This document shows, piece after piece, positions 17,975 through 27,185 of a stretch of DNA of 32,000 nucleotides. The translations under genes and the position numbers were made by a program. Origin of the DNA: Dubosiella newyorkensis (GTDB taxonomy: Bacteria; Bacillota_I; Bacilli_A; Erysipelotrichales; Erysipelotrichaceae). The stretch is from positions 1 to 32,000 of the forward strand of contig NZ_MPKA01000058.1 in assembly GCF_001945605.1 (NCBI RefSeq). Direction: 5' to 3'. Under the pieces are notes generated by a model that saw only the letters and a program-made list of their open reading frames with translations, was not told the origin of the DNA and did not search any database. Each line of letters begins with the position of its first letter. Within the stretch, counting starts at the first letter, position 1.

Positions 17975-17995
17975 GGACCACTTGGTCCTTTTTTT
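17975..17995 (+). terminator. Rho-independent terminator after ybaK
   Basis: GGACCA-CU-UGGUCC followed by U7. Confidence 0.75.
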
Positions 17996-18041
17996 AAGCT
18001 TGTTTCTCGAATCGCGCGATCGACAATGCTAGAATCATAAT

Positions 18042-18485
18042 ATGAAAAAATTGAGCTGGGTCATCGTTTATAGCTTTATGTTTGGCTTTTTGTTCTTTAT
18101 GATCATCGCTTCTCTCGTTTCAAATCGTATGGAGCCTGCCGCTGTAGTCTGCAATGATTATTTTGTGGAGTTCGACGGTTTGATCTATGATCAGATTCCA
18201 TATTCCAATATACGCTCGATCGATTATATTCGAAATGGAGAGATTCGAAGAAGCGGTAAACTCGATGGTCTTGAATATAAAAACTATGTATGTGGGCATA
18301 CAAAAGTTATAGGCTATGGAAAATGTGATGTTTTTTATTATATTTCCAATCCGAACTTTATCGTTTTGAAGACCAAGGATAAAACGATCCTTTATAACGA
18401 AAAGAGCGCTACAGAGACAGAAAAAATGTTTGACGAGATCTCAGCTCATATTCCAAAACGATCGGAGGAATCAAAAAATGAATGA
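18042..18485 (+). CDS. Hypothetical membrane-anchored protein
   Basis: 147 aa with one N-terminal TM helix (VIVYSFMFGFLFFMIIASLV). I recognise no motif. Its stop overlaps the downstream GH13 start by 8 nt. Confidence 0.6.
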   Translation: MKKLSWVIVYSFMFGFLFFMIIASLVSNRMEPAAVVCNDYFVEFDGLIYDQIPYSNIRSIDYIRNGEIRRSGKLDGLEYKNYVCGHTKVIGYGKCDVFYYISNPNFIVLKTKDKTILYNEKSATETEKMFDEISAHIPKRSEESKNE

Positions 18486-19788
18486 ACCATGGTACAACAA
18501 AAGTGTTTTTTATCAAATTTATCCATTAGGGGCTACAGGCGCTCCCTATGAAAATGATCATCAAGAAGTGCATCGTCTTCTACAATTGGAGGAGTGGATC
18601 CCCAATTTAAAAAAGCTAGGGATCGATTGCATTCTTTTGAATCCTGTCTTTGATTCAACATCGCATGGGTATGATACGATCGATTATAAAAAAGTCGATC
18701 CTCGTCTAGGGGACAACGCAGATTTGAGCCACTACGTATCGCTATGTCACAAGAAGGGGATGCGCGTCATTCTCGATAGTGTGTTCAATCATGTAGGAAG
18801 AGAGTTTCCTCCTTTTTTAGATGTGCTCAAGAATAGGGAAGCCTCAAAATACTTGAACTGGTTTCACATTGACATGAATCAAAACAACAGCTATGACGAT
18901 CATTTATCTTATTTAGATTGGGAGGGGAATTCCAATCTTGTCAAGTTGAATCTAAAAAATCCAGAGGTCAAAAACTATTTGTTCGATGTCGTCAAGTTCT
19001 GGGTCGATACATTCGATATCGATGGTCTGCGCTTGGATGTGGCGTATTGTTTGGATCCAGATTTTCTAAAAGAACTGCATACGTTCGCGAAAAGCTTGAA
19101 ACCGGATTTCTTCTTGTTAGGAGAAACGCTGCATGGCGATTATAACCAATGGGTCAACGAACAAATGCTCGATTCTTGTACGAATTACGAGTGCTATAAG
19201 GGATTGTATTCGAGCTTCAACACTCGAAACTTCTTTGAGATCCTATACTCGTTCAATCGGCAATTCGGCAATGAGCAATGGTGCCTTTATAAAGGAAAGC
19301 ATTTATTCAATTTTGTCGATAACCATGATGTTGAGCGGATTGCTTCGATCTTAGATGTAAAGGCCAATTTGCCGCTGATTTATACGATGCTCTTTACGAT
19401 GCCGGGTATTCCTTGCCTGTATTATGGAAGCGAATGGGGAATCGAAGGGAAAAAAGGCAATATGGATCGGGACATTCGTCCAAATATCGAGTCGTTGAAA
19501 TGGAACGCTTTGACAGACCGTATCCAAAAACTGATCGAGATCCATCATGATCATTCGGCTTTGATCGATGGCGATTATTCCCAGATCGCCTTGACGAATA
19601 CCGCGTGTATCTATCAAAGAAAGAATGCCGAGGAGACGATTTGGTGCTGTATCAACTTGGATGAAAATCCGGTCGATCTTCCTGTCAATGTCGATCAAAA
19701 TATGGAAGAGCTTCTCAGCAATGAAAAAGAGAAGATCGAAAATACAGTGCATTTGGGATCGCAATCCGCAAAAGTTTTGCTTTTTTAA
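18478..19788 (+). CDS. GH13 alpha-amylase-family glycoside hydrolase
   Basis: 436 aa from the ATG at 18478 (RBS ggagg at 18465-18469). All four GH13 regions are present: VILDSVFNHVG, GLRLDVAY, LLGETLHG, FVDNHDVER. No signal peptide. Confidence 0.9.
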   Translation: MNEPWYNKSVFYQIYPLGATGAPYENDHQEVHRLLQLEEWIPNLKKLGIDCILLNPVFDSTSHGYDTIDYKKVDPRLGDNADLSHYVSLCHKKGMRVILDSVFNHVGREFPPFLDVLKNREASKYLNWFHIDMNQNNSYDDHLSYLDWEGNSNLVKLNLKNPEVKNYLFDVVKFWVDTFDIDGLRLDVAYCLDPDFLKELHTFAKSLKPDFFLLGETLHGDYNQWVNEQMLDSCTNYECYKGLYSSFNTRNFFEILYSFNRQFGNEQWCLYKGKHLFNFVDNHDVERIASILDVKANLPLIYTMLFTMPGIPCLYYGSEWGIEGKKGNMDRDIRPNIESLKWNALTDRIQKLIEIHHDHSALIDGDYSQIALTNTACIYQRKNAEETIWCCINLDENPVDLPVNVDQNMEELLSNEKEKIENTVHLGSQSAKVLLF

Positions 19789-19808
19789 TTGCATTTGTAC
19801 TTATTAAT

Positions 19809-19829
19809 GAGGGATTCCCCTCTTTTTTT
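19809..19829 (+). terminator. Rho-independent terminator after the GH13 gene
   Basis: GAGGG-AUUC-CCCUC followed by U7. Confidence 0.75.
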
Positions 19830-19984
19830 AATTTCTATAAAAATATAACTGATATAAATGTGAAATGCACATAAAGTTTGTAAAATCAAGGGATATGCTT
19901 TACAAACTGAGATCCTTCCTGTAAAGTTTGGACTTGTGAATTCGAAGTACGAATTCGGACTAAAAAACAGGAGGAAATCTAAGG

Positions 19985-20941
19985 ATGAAAAATATTTCAA
20001 AAGTAGGATTGGCCACTGCATTACTCATGTCCCTTCAACTTTTCACACCTGTCATGGCTGCTGAGAAACAAGACGGCCTCGGGATCGGAAAAGCGATGGA
20101 ATATTATAAAGTTGAATTAAATAATGAAAACTCGCTTCATGCTGTGGTCAGCGAAGCCTTTAACAAAGATATTGAACAATTTGAAAAGAAAGAAACGGAA
20201 AAAGGAATCCAATTTGTATCGGATTCAATCATCATCGATGTCAATGGTGTCGATCTAGAGCAAGAAGGATTCCAAATGGTAAAGATGGCGATGACAACGA
20301 AAAAGAAAGAACTCTCGCCGCTCTTGCCAGCGAGCGCGAAACCGCTTGCCCAAAATGAAGATATCGTCAACATCAAAAAAGCATTGATCGAGATCAAAGA
20401 TGAGCAAACTCCAGAGCTCACAGTTCCTGAAACGCTAAAGACACAAGAAAACCAAGAAATCAATATCGATTCTTTGATCGAAGCAACGGATAATTCTGGA
20501 GACGTCGATGTTCAAATCGATGGGGAAGTCAACTACGCTATCCCTGGAATCTATACTCTGAATGTGCAAGCAAAAGATGCCAGCGGGAACATAACTCAAA
20601 AAACAATCCAAGTCGATGTTGAAAAAGACGACTTTTATGATCGCATCGCGCAAGCGGCCAAAGCGCAGCTTGGGGTTTATCAAGATTGCACGATGCTTGT
20701 GACAAACGCTTTAAAAGCGGTTGGGATCAATTTCCACGGTTGGCCAGAAGAGTATTTATCGCTTGGTGATTTGACTAATGATCCAGTTCCTGGAGACATT
20801 GTCGTCTATTCGGGTCATGTTGGACTTTATATTGGAGATGGACAAGTCGTTCATGGCGGTTGGAATGGAAACCAAACCGTGATTGCATCGGTGGAATGCG
20901 ATAAACCTTTGATCGGGTTCGTTCACGTTCGTAAACCATAA
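19985..20941 (+). CDS. Secreted NlpC/P60-family cell-wall peptidase with an Ig-like middle domain
   Basis: 318 aa. Signal peptide ending PVMAAE. Ig-like segment GEVNYAIPGIYTLNVQAKDASGNITQKTIQV. NlpC/P60 catalytic Cys context YQDCTMLV and His context YSGHVGLYIG. Confidence 0.85.
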   Translation: MKNISKVGLATALLMSLQLFTPVMAAEKQDGLGIGKAMEYYKVELNNENSLHAVVSEAFNKDIEQFEKKETEKGIQFVSDSIIIDVNGVDLEQEGFQMVKMAMTTKKKELSPLLPASAKPLAQNEDIVNIKKALIEIKDEQTPELTVPETLKTQENQEINIDSLIEATDNSGDVDVQIDGEVNYAIPGIYTLNVQAKDASGNITQKTIQVDVEKDDFYDRIAQAAKAQLGVYQDCTMLVTNALKAVGINFHGWPEEYLSLGDLTNDPVPGDIVVYSGHVGLYIGDGQVVHGGWNGNQTVIASVECDKPLIGFVHVRKP

Positions 20942-20952
20942 TATTTCATCAA

Positions 20953-20978
20953 GACTCTCTTATAGGGAGTCTTTTTTT
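20953..20978 (+). terminator. Rho-independent terminator after the NlpC/P60 gene
   Basis: GACUCUC-UUAUA-GGGAGUC followed by U7. Confidence 0.75.
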
Positions 20979-20981
20979 ACG

Positions 20982-21015
20982 AAAAAAAGAGGATCCATTA
21001 TGAAGGTGGTCCTCT
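20982..21015 (-). terminator. Terminator for the convergent lipoprotein gene
   Basis: Minus-strand AGAGGACC...GGAUCCUCU (one bulge) followed by U7. Confidence 0.55.
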
Positions 21016-21036
21016 TTTTCACAAAATATATAGAAT

Positions 21037-21525
21037 CTAGTCGTCTTTTTCAGAACCGATCGCATCTTGTGTTGCTGCGAGCATTGGTCGGATATCAAGA
21101 TCTACGACATCTTTCAACTCTGGATTGGTTGGTTTTCCGTTTTCGTCAACTGTAACGGCATCAACACCGTTTTCCTTGATGAAGTTTTCTACATATTCGA
21201 CTTGATCAAGCCAATCTGTATCGATGCTCATTTGTGTGTCTTTGTCTGGTCCATAGAGCTGTTCGAGTTCAGTGATCGCGTTTCCATCTTGATCGACGAA
21301 TTCCATCATCACATCCGAAAGCTGATCGCCATCTTTAACGATCGTAGCGTTGACAGTTCCTCCATTATCATAGACAGCAGTGCCTTTAAGCTCTTTCTTT
21401 TCCGTTGTTGTTTCCGTTGTTTTGTCCTCTTTGGCACTATCGTCTTTTGGGGTTTCTGTGCTTGAATTTGCGCAGCCCGCCAATAAAAGTAAGGAGAGAG
21501 CGGTTAAAGTTAATTTTTTGTTCAT
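21037..21525 (-). CDS. Lipoprotein, paralog B of a tandem pair (possible divergent FMN-binding-like domain)
   Basis: 162 aa with lipobox LLAGC. Shares W..QV.Y.E.FI..NGVDAV..D..G with the upstream paralog. RBS aggagg with 8-nt spacing. Confidence 0.75.
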   Translation of the reverse strand: MNKKLTLTALSLLLLAGCANSSTETPKDDSAKEDKTTETTTEKKELKGTAVYDNGGTVNATIVKDGDQLSDVMMEFVDQDGNAITELEQLYGPDKDTQMSIDTDWLDQVEYVENFIKENGVDAVTVDENGKPTNPELKDVVDLDIRPMLAATQDAIGSEKDD

Positions 21526-21589
21526 GGTGTAAGCCTCCTATAACCCTAATTCTAAACGGAGTTGAACGAATTTCAATGTTGATGCTCAT

Positions 21590-21614
21590 AAAAAAAAGGC
21601 TGATTTCTCAGCCT
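21590..21614 (-). terminator. Rho-independent terminator between the two lipoprotein genes
   Basis: Minus-strand GGCUGAGAAAUCAGCC followed by U8. Confidence 0.75.
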
Positions 21615-21628
21615 CGTTCATTGTAAAT

Positions 21629-22093
21629 TTATTTCGCGTCTGCTTCTTTGACAGCTTCCATGATGTCAGTCAAATTGATCGTGCATCCAGATTTTAGATC
21701 TTCATCTTCTGCATAACCATCTTTGTCCAATTTAACTGCGTCAACACCGTTGTCGATGATGAATTGTTCAAGATATTTTACTTGTTCATACCATTCTTTA
21801 CCGATGCTAGAAGCTTCTTTCATTTTATAGTCATCGCCAAGTTCTTTTTTAGAAGAACCGTCTTTGATCTGGTCGATCGTGATCGAAGTGATCTTTCCGT
21901 TTTCTTTTTCGATATCCGCTTTTGTAACATTACCATCTGCATCTGTTACTTCTGCAGAGGATTGTGCTCCACCAGCTTCATCTGTAGTTGTGTTTACAGA
22001 TTCATCTGTTGTTTCTTCTTTTTTTGTATCGTTACTTGCGCATCCTGCCAACAAGAACAAAGACAACGTGCCTAAAATGAGTTTCTTATTCAT
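21629..22093 (-). CDS. Lipoprotein, paralog A (possible FMN-binding-like domain)
   Basis: Start moved to the second ATG (22093), which gives 8-nt spacing from AGGAGG. Lipobox LLAGC. C-terminal DLKSGCTINLTDIMEAVKEA resembles the D-x-x-S-G-A-T end of FMN_bind domains. Confidence 0.75.
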   Translation of the reverse strand: MNKKLILGTLSLFLLAGCASNDTKKEETTDESVNTTTDEAGGAQSSAEVTDADGNVTKADIEKENGKITSITIDQIKDGSSKKELGDDYKMKEASSIGKEWYEQVKYLEQFIIDNGVDAVKLDKDGYAEDEDLKSGCTINLTDIMEAVKEADAK

Positions 22094-22152
22094 TCTCATT
22101 ACCTCCTACGCACCTATTGTACTATAAAAATAGATGAATACAAATATTTAAC

Positions 22153-24237
22153 TCAAAAAGACTTAAAAAGCATATCATTATAATCCGGAAGTGGCCAATC
22201 CGATTTGCTTACATTCTTTTCGATCAGATCCGTCAGCCTACGGATCGTCTCCATGAGCGGAAGCAGTTCATCGCAAGCGAAGCGAGCCATGATTTTTTCA
22301 TTTTCTAGTGGGGTCTCGATCAATCGTTCAAGTGTTCCGACGTGTTCGGAAACGATCTCAAGCGGTTCGTTGATCTGTTTCAGGATCTTTTCTTCCATAG
22401 GCGCTTGGATGCCGCATGCCTTTTTTGTTTGGATGATTTGAGCAAGTTTCGCCTCGTAATCAAAGATCGCCGGCAATATTTCTTTTCGAAGCATGTAAAC
22501 CATGGTCTTGGCTTCGATGATGATCACTTGATAATAGTTCAACAGCAAGATATTCTCTCTTGCATAAAGCTCTTGCGGAGAATAGACATTATGTTTTTCA
22601 AAAAGAGAAAGATTTTTTGGATCTGTATAGTGAGGCAGAGCATCCGCTGTGCTTTTTAATTCAAGAAGGCCGCGCCGCTTAGCTTCCTCTTTCCAAGAAT
22701 CGCTGTATCCGTTTCCAGAAAAACAAATCCGATTGTGTTCTTTTAAAGTCCGTCGAATGATCTGGATCAGCGCTTCCGTTCTTTTGTGTTCTGGATAGCA
22801 CTCCAGCTCGGTTGAAAACTGATCGAATTCTTCCGCTACGATGGTATTCAAGATCGTATTCGGGCACGATATGTTCAAATTCGAGCCAAGCATCCGAAAC
22901 TCGAACTTATTTCCCGTAAAAGCGAATGGAGAGGTGCGGTTGCGGTCCGTCGAGTCTTTAGCTAAGCTAGGGAGCACTTGAAGACCGAGCTCCAATTTCT
23001 TATCGATCTGATCCACATATTCGCTGCCTTCTTCGATCGCCTTCAAGATCGCTGTGAGCTCTTCGCCTAAGTAGATCGAAATGATCGCTGGCGGAGCTTC
23101 ATTGCCTCCTAAGCGGTGATCGTTGCCAGCGCTCGCCACAGAAATACGAAGAAGGTCTTGATATTCGTCGACCGCTTTGATGATCGCAGTAAGGACCGTT
23201 AAAAAGCGGATGTTATCTTGTGGCGAATCGCCAGGTTCTAGCATGTTTTCACCCTCATCGGTCGAGAACGACCAGTTGTTGTGCTTGCCGCTTCCGTTGA
23301 TCCCATCAAAAGGTTTTTCATGAAGCAGGCAAACAAAACCATGATGCTTCGCACATTTTTGAAGCACTTCCATCGTTAGCTGGTTTTGGTCGTTGGCTAA
23401 ATTCGTAGACGTATAGACAGGAGCGATCTCGAATTGACAAGGAGCGACTTCCTTATGTTCGGTTTTAGCGAATACGCCTAGCTTCCATAATTCCTCATCG
23501 ACTTCTTCCATGAACGCTTTGACTCTTTCATCAATATTGCCGAAATAATGGTCGTCGAGTTCTTGTCCTTTAACTGGCGCGCAGCCAAAGAGCGTACGTC
23601 CTGTCACCATTAGATCGATCCGTTGCTTATACATCTTTTCATCGATCAGGAAATACTCTTGTTCTGGGCCGACTGTGATGTTGATCTTCTTGACGTTATA
23701 GCCCATTAAATCGAATAAGCGGATCGCGGAATCATTGAGGGCCTCGATCGAGCGGAGAAGAGGTGTTTTTTTATCCAACGCGCTTCCATCGTAAGAACAG
23801 AATAAAGTCGGGATATACAATGTTTTATCTTTGACAAACGCGTAGCTCGTCGGATCCCATGCCGTATATCCTCTCGCTTCAAATGTCGCGCGAAGACCCC
23901 CGGAAGGGAAGGAGGAAGCGTCCGGTTCGCCTTTGATCAGTTCTTTTCCGCGAAAATCAGAAAGGATCGAATTTTCTCCTGTCGGATTGATGAAGGCGTC
24001 ATGTTTTTCAGCGGTGATCCCTGTCATTGGCTGAAACCAATGGGTATAATGGGTGGCGCCTTTTTCCATCGCCCAGTCTTTCATCGCGTTGGCGACCACA
24101 TCGGCGATCTCGGCAGGAAGAGGCTCTCCATATTCCATGACTTGATTAAGCTTTTTAAAGACAGAATTTGGTAAATACTTCTGCATTTCGTGTTTCGAGA
24201 AGACGTTGCACGCAAAATATTCATCCACAGTTTTCAT
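22153..24237 (-). CDS. glnN: Glutamine synthetase type III (copy 2)
   Basis: Shares the GS-III motifs of copy 1, with roughly 60% identity by eye. I chose the ATG at 24237 over the track's TTG at 24243. Lies 23 nt after the pyrG stop, with no terminator or promoter between them. Confidence 0.92.
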   Translation of the reverse strand: MKTVDEYFACNVFSKHEMQKYLPNSVFKKLNQVMEYGEPLPAEIADVVANAMKDWAMEKGATHYTHWFQPMTGITAEKHDAFINPTGENSILSDFRGKELIKGEPDASSFPSGGLRATFEARGYTAWDPTSYAFVKDKTLYIPTLFCSYDGSALDKKTPLLRSIEALNDSAIRLFDLMGYNVKKINITVGPEQEYFLIDEKMYKQRIDLMVTGRTLFGCAPVKGQELDDHYFGNIDERVKAFMEEVDEELWKLGVFAKTEHKEVAPCQFEIAPVYTSTNLANDQNQLTMEVLQKCAKHHGFVCLLHEKPFDGINGSGKHNNWSFSTDEGENMLEPGDSPQDNIRFLTVLTAIIKAVDEYQDLLRISVASAGNDHRLGGNEAPPAIISIYLGEELTAILKAIEEGSEYVDQIDKKLELGLQVLPSLAKDSTDRNRTSPFAFTGNKFEFRMLGSNLNISCPNTILNTIVAEEFDQFSTELECYPEHKRTEALIQIIRRTLKEHNRICFSGNGYSDSWKEEAKRRGLLELKSTADALPHYTDPKNLSLFEKHNVYSPQELYARENILLLNYYQVIIIEAKTMVYMLRKEILPAIFDYEAKLAQIIQTKKACGIQAPMEEKILKQINEPLEIVSEHVGTLERLIETPLENEKIMARFACDELLPLMETIRRLTDLIEKNVSKSDWPLPDYNDMLFKSF

Positions 24238-24260
24238 TGCCAAAATTTCCTTTCTTCTTT

Positions 24261-25886
24261 TTATTGATCGGCGTTTTCTTTTTCTTTTTTATATTGAATG
24301 CTGTTTTCGATCAAACCGACGAATAATGGGTGAGCGCGGTTTGGTCGCGATTTGAATTCAGGATGGTATTGCACACCTACATAAAATGGATGATCTTTAT
24401 ATTCGATCGCTTCTACGAGCTGCTTGTCTGGAGAATTACCGGTGATCATCATTCCATTTTGCTCAAATTCAGCGCGGTATAAATTGTTGAATTCATAACG
24501 ATGACGATGTCTTTCTTCGATCAAGTCTTTCTCGTAGTATTTGGAAAGCATAGAATTTGGATGGATCGCGCACGGATAGGCGCCTAAGCGCATCGTTCCG
24601 CCTTTTTTGATCGTATCGCTTTGGTCTTCCATAAAATCGATGATCGTATGCGTGCTTTTTGGATCGAATTCATAACTGTTCGCATCTGCATAGCCAAGCG
24701 CATCCCTGGCAAAGGCGATCGCCGCGATCTGCATCCCTAAACAAATCCCTAAATAAGGGATCTGATGGTGTTTGGCGTAGTTGGCGACCTTGATCATTCC
24801 TTCGACGCCGCGGCCTCCAAAGCCGCCAGGCAAGATAATGCCATCGACTCCTTCAAATACGACATCGAGATCTTGGTCTTCCAATGTTTCAGAATCGACC
24901 CAGCAAATATCGACTTTGGTCTCGAATTGGAATCCAGCGTGATAGAGCGCTTCCGAAACGGAGAGATAGGCATCGTGAAGTTGCACATATTTTCCCACTA
25001 ATGCGATCGTGACGCTTTCTTTCGAGTTGTGGATATGCTCGACCATGTTTTTCCAATTCTCAAGATCAGGTTTACGGACTTCTAGATCGAGTTTTTCGCA
25101 AACGATATCCGCCATTCTTTGTTCTTCGAGCATCAAAGGAACTTCGTATAATGAATCGAGAGTCGTGTTTTCGATCACACAGTCTTTTTCAACGTTACAA
25201 AATAAAGAGATCTTATCGAGAACAGATTGCGGGATCTTCTCATCGCAGCGCGCGATGATCATATCTGGATTGATCCCATGCGATTGCAGCTCTTTGACAG
25301 AATGCTGGGTTGGTTTTGATTTGTATTCCTTGCTTCCTGAAATATAAGGGATATATGTCACATGCAAAAACAAACAATTGTTTCGGCCGACTTCAAGGGG
25401 AACTTGTCGGATCGATTCTAGAAAAGGCAAGGATTCCATATCGCCAGTCGTTCCTCCGATCTCGGTGATGACGACATCCGCTTGCGCGTGTTTTCCAGCT
25501 TGGATGACGAAATTACGGATCTCGTTGGTCACATGCGGAATGACTTGAACTGTTTCACCTAAATATTTGCCTTCACGTTCTTTATTGATTACATTCCAAT
25601 AGACTTTTCCAGTCGTTAAGTTGGAATATGTATGCAGATTTTCATCGATAAACCGTTCATAGTGGCCTAAATCAAGATCGGCTTCCAATCCATCGTCGGT
25701 CACGAACACTTCACCATGTTGATAAGGAGACATCGTGCCAGGATCGACATTGATATATGGATCGAGCTTTTGCGAAGTCACCTTATAGCCTCTTGCTTTT
25801 AAAAGGCGGCCTAAAGAAGCGGCGCTGATCCCTTTTCCAAGACCAGAGACGACGCCTCCAGTTACGAAGATGTATTTTGTATTCAT
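24261..25886 (-). CDS. pyrG: CTP synthase
   Basis: 541 aa. N-terminus [16 protein letters not shown]. GATase domain GICLGMQ and HRHRYEFN. Confidence 0.97.
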   Translation of the reverse strand: MNTKYIFVTGGVVSGLGKGISAASLGRLLKARGYKVTSQKLDPYINVDPGTMSPYQHGEVFVTDDGLEADLDLGHYERFIDENLHTYSNLTTGKVYWNVINKEREGKYLGETVQVIPHVTNEIRNFVIQAGKHAQADVVITEIGGTTGDMESLPFLESIRQVPLEVGRNNCLFLHVTYIPYISGSKEYKSKPTQHSVKELQSHGINPDMIIARCDEKIPQSVLDKISLFCNVEKDCVIENTTLDSLYEVPLMLEEQRMADIVCEKLDLEVRKPDLENWKNMVEHIHNSKESVTIALVGKYVQLHDAYLSVSEALYHAGFQFETKVDICWVDSETLEDQDLDVVFEGVDGIILPGGFGGRGVEGMIKVANYAKHHQIPYLGICLGMQIAAIAFARDALGYADANSYEFDPKSTHTIIDFMEDQSDTIKKGGTMRLGAYPCAIHPNSMLSKYYEKDLIEERHRHRYEFNNLYRAEFEQNGMMITGNSPDKQLVEAIEYKDHPFYVGVQYHPEFKSRPNRAHPLFVGLIENSIQYKKEKENADQ

Positions 25887-25909
25887 ATTCTATACCTACC
25901 TATGAAAAC

Positions 25910-25938
25910 ATTTTAGAGGTTCACTATTTGTCTGTCAA
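25910..25938 (-). promoter_or_regulatory. Candidate sigma-A promoter for pyrG(-glnN copy 2)
   Basis: On the minus strand: TTGACA (25938-25933), 17-nt spacer, TAAAAT (25915-25910). Confidence 0.45.
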
Positions 25939-26009
25939 AAAGTTTTCAGAACTTTTTCATTTCCATTTCTGCGATATGATAGAATAAGAAGAAATGATTG
26001 GAGGCTTCC

Positions 26010-27185
26010 ATGTTCCATATACCTAAAACATTGAAAGAAAAAGAAAACTTATACCGAAGACTGCTTTTGTTCGCGGTCGGGTTATTCATGCTCGTTCTCT
26101 ATTTTGAAAAGATTTTATGGATCGTTTCGATCATCGTCAATATATGCATGCCTTTTATTATCGGAGGAGCGATCGCTTTTATTTGGAATACGATCGCTAA
26201 TAATTTGATCAATTTTTATTCTCTTATATCCCATCGGTCGGAAAACAAAGTGATCCGCTTTATCGCCAATATATTGTCGATCATGGTGTTCGTGCTCTTG
26301 TTGGCTTTGTTTTTATTTTTGATCATGCCTAGAGTGATCTCTTCTTTTCAAACGCTGCTTTCCCTTATGCCGCAAACGATCCATAATATCTATCATTGGG
26401 CTTATTATGCGTCAAAACCGATCCCTTATGTCCATCAATGGCTGCGCACGATCAACGCCGATCCAGGGAATATATCGCAAGTGCTCGAAAGTTTGTTTTC
26501 GTGGGTGATTTCGGGAAGCGCGAACGATATTATCGGAAATGTCTATTCTGTTCTGACCAACACGTTCAGTCTGCTTTTTTCTACTCTTGTTTCGATCATG
26601 TTCGCTGTGATCGTCTTGTTCAATAAGCAAACGGTCGTCAAAGAGGGCTTTTATTTAATGCGCGCGTATCTTTCGAATAAGCGTTATGCGAAAACAGTCC
26701 ATATCTTGAGCTTGATCCGCAATACGTTCACTTCCTATATTGGTGGGACTTGTACCGAATGCATTATTTTAGCGACGCTCGTAATGTTTTTCGCTTCGCT
26801 ATTCCAGATCCCTTTCGCGTTTTTGGCTGGGATTCTTGTAGGGATCGGCGCGCTCATTCCAATGTTTGGCGCTTTGGCGGCCGCGATCATCGCCGCTCTG
26901 CTGATCGCTGTTGATACCCCGATCGAAGGACTATACTTCATTATTTTATTTATCTGCATCCAGCAAGTGGAAGGGAATTTTATTTATCCAAATGTCGTAG
27001 GGAAATCGGTAGGCATCCCACCTATTTATGTGATGATCGCTGTGACTCTAGGGGCGAATGTCGCGGGTATTTTAGGAATGGTGTTTTTTATTCCGATCTT
27101 TTCGTGTCTCTATCAATTGATCAAGGAGGACGCGAGCAAGCGAATCGAGATCAAAGATAAAAAAGAAGGCGTATTCGATGAATAG
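26010..27185 (+). CDS. AI-2E family (PerM/YdiK-like) transporter
   Basis: Multi-TM protein with PFIIGGAIAFIWN and QQVEGNFIYPNVVGKSVGIPP motifs. ATG at 26010 with RBS ggagg at 26000-26004. Confidence 0.88.
   Translation: MFHIPKTLKEKENLYRRLLLFAVGLFMLVLYFEKILWIVSIIVNICMPFIIGGAIAFIWNTIANNLINFYSLISHRSENKVIRFIANILSIMVFVLLLALFLFLIMPRVISSFQTLLSLMPQTIHNIYHWAYYASKPIPYVHQWLRTINADPGNISQVLESLFSWVISGSANDIIGNVYSVLTNTFSLLFSTLVSIMFAVIVLFNKQTVVKEGFYLMRAYLSNKRYAKTVHILSLIRNTFTSYIGGTCTECIILATLVMFFASLFQIPFAFLAGILVGIGALIPMFGALAAAIIAALLIAVDTPIEGLYFIILFICIQQVEGNFIYPNVVGKSVGIPPIYVMIAVTLGANVAGILGMVFFIPIFSCLYQLIKEDASKRIEIKDKKEGVFDE

Noticed and set aside
19830-19984. A WalR box (TGTWAH-N5-TGTWAH) or c-di-AMP (ydaO-type) riboswitch upstream of the NlpC/P60 gene
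   Set aside because: Single TGTAAA half-sites are present but none has a partner at 5-nt spacing. The region is too short and AT-rich for the ydaO fold, and I saw no conserved ACGGGGA-type cores.
20137-22127. ORFs antisense to the NlpC/P60 gene (20137-20683) and to the two lipoprotein genes (21067-21626, 21764-22127)
   Set aside because: They are low-complexity Cys/Phe/Ser-rich translations opposite well-supported genes that have signal peptides, RBSs and terminators.
25887-25909. A B. subtilis-type pyrG leader attenuator (reiterative transcription plus terminator)
   Set aside because: With the predicted promoter the leader is only about 17-20 nt and contains no terminator hairpin. The AAAAGUU/AACUUUU hairpin lies upstream of the -35 element.
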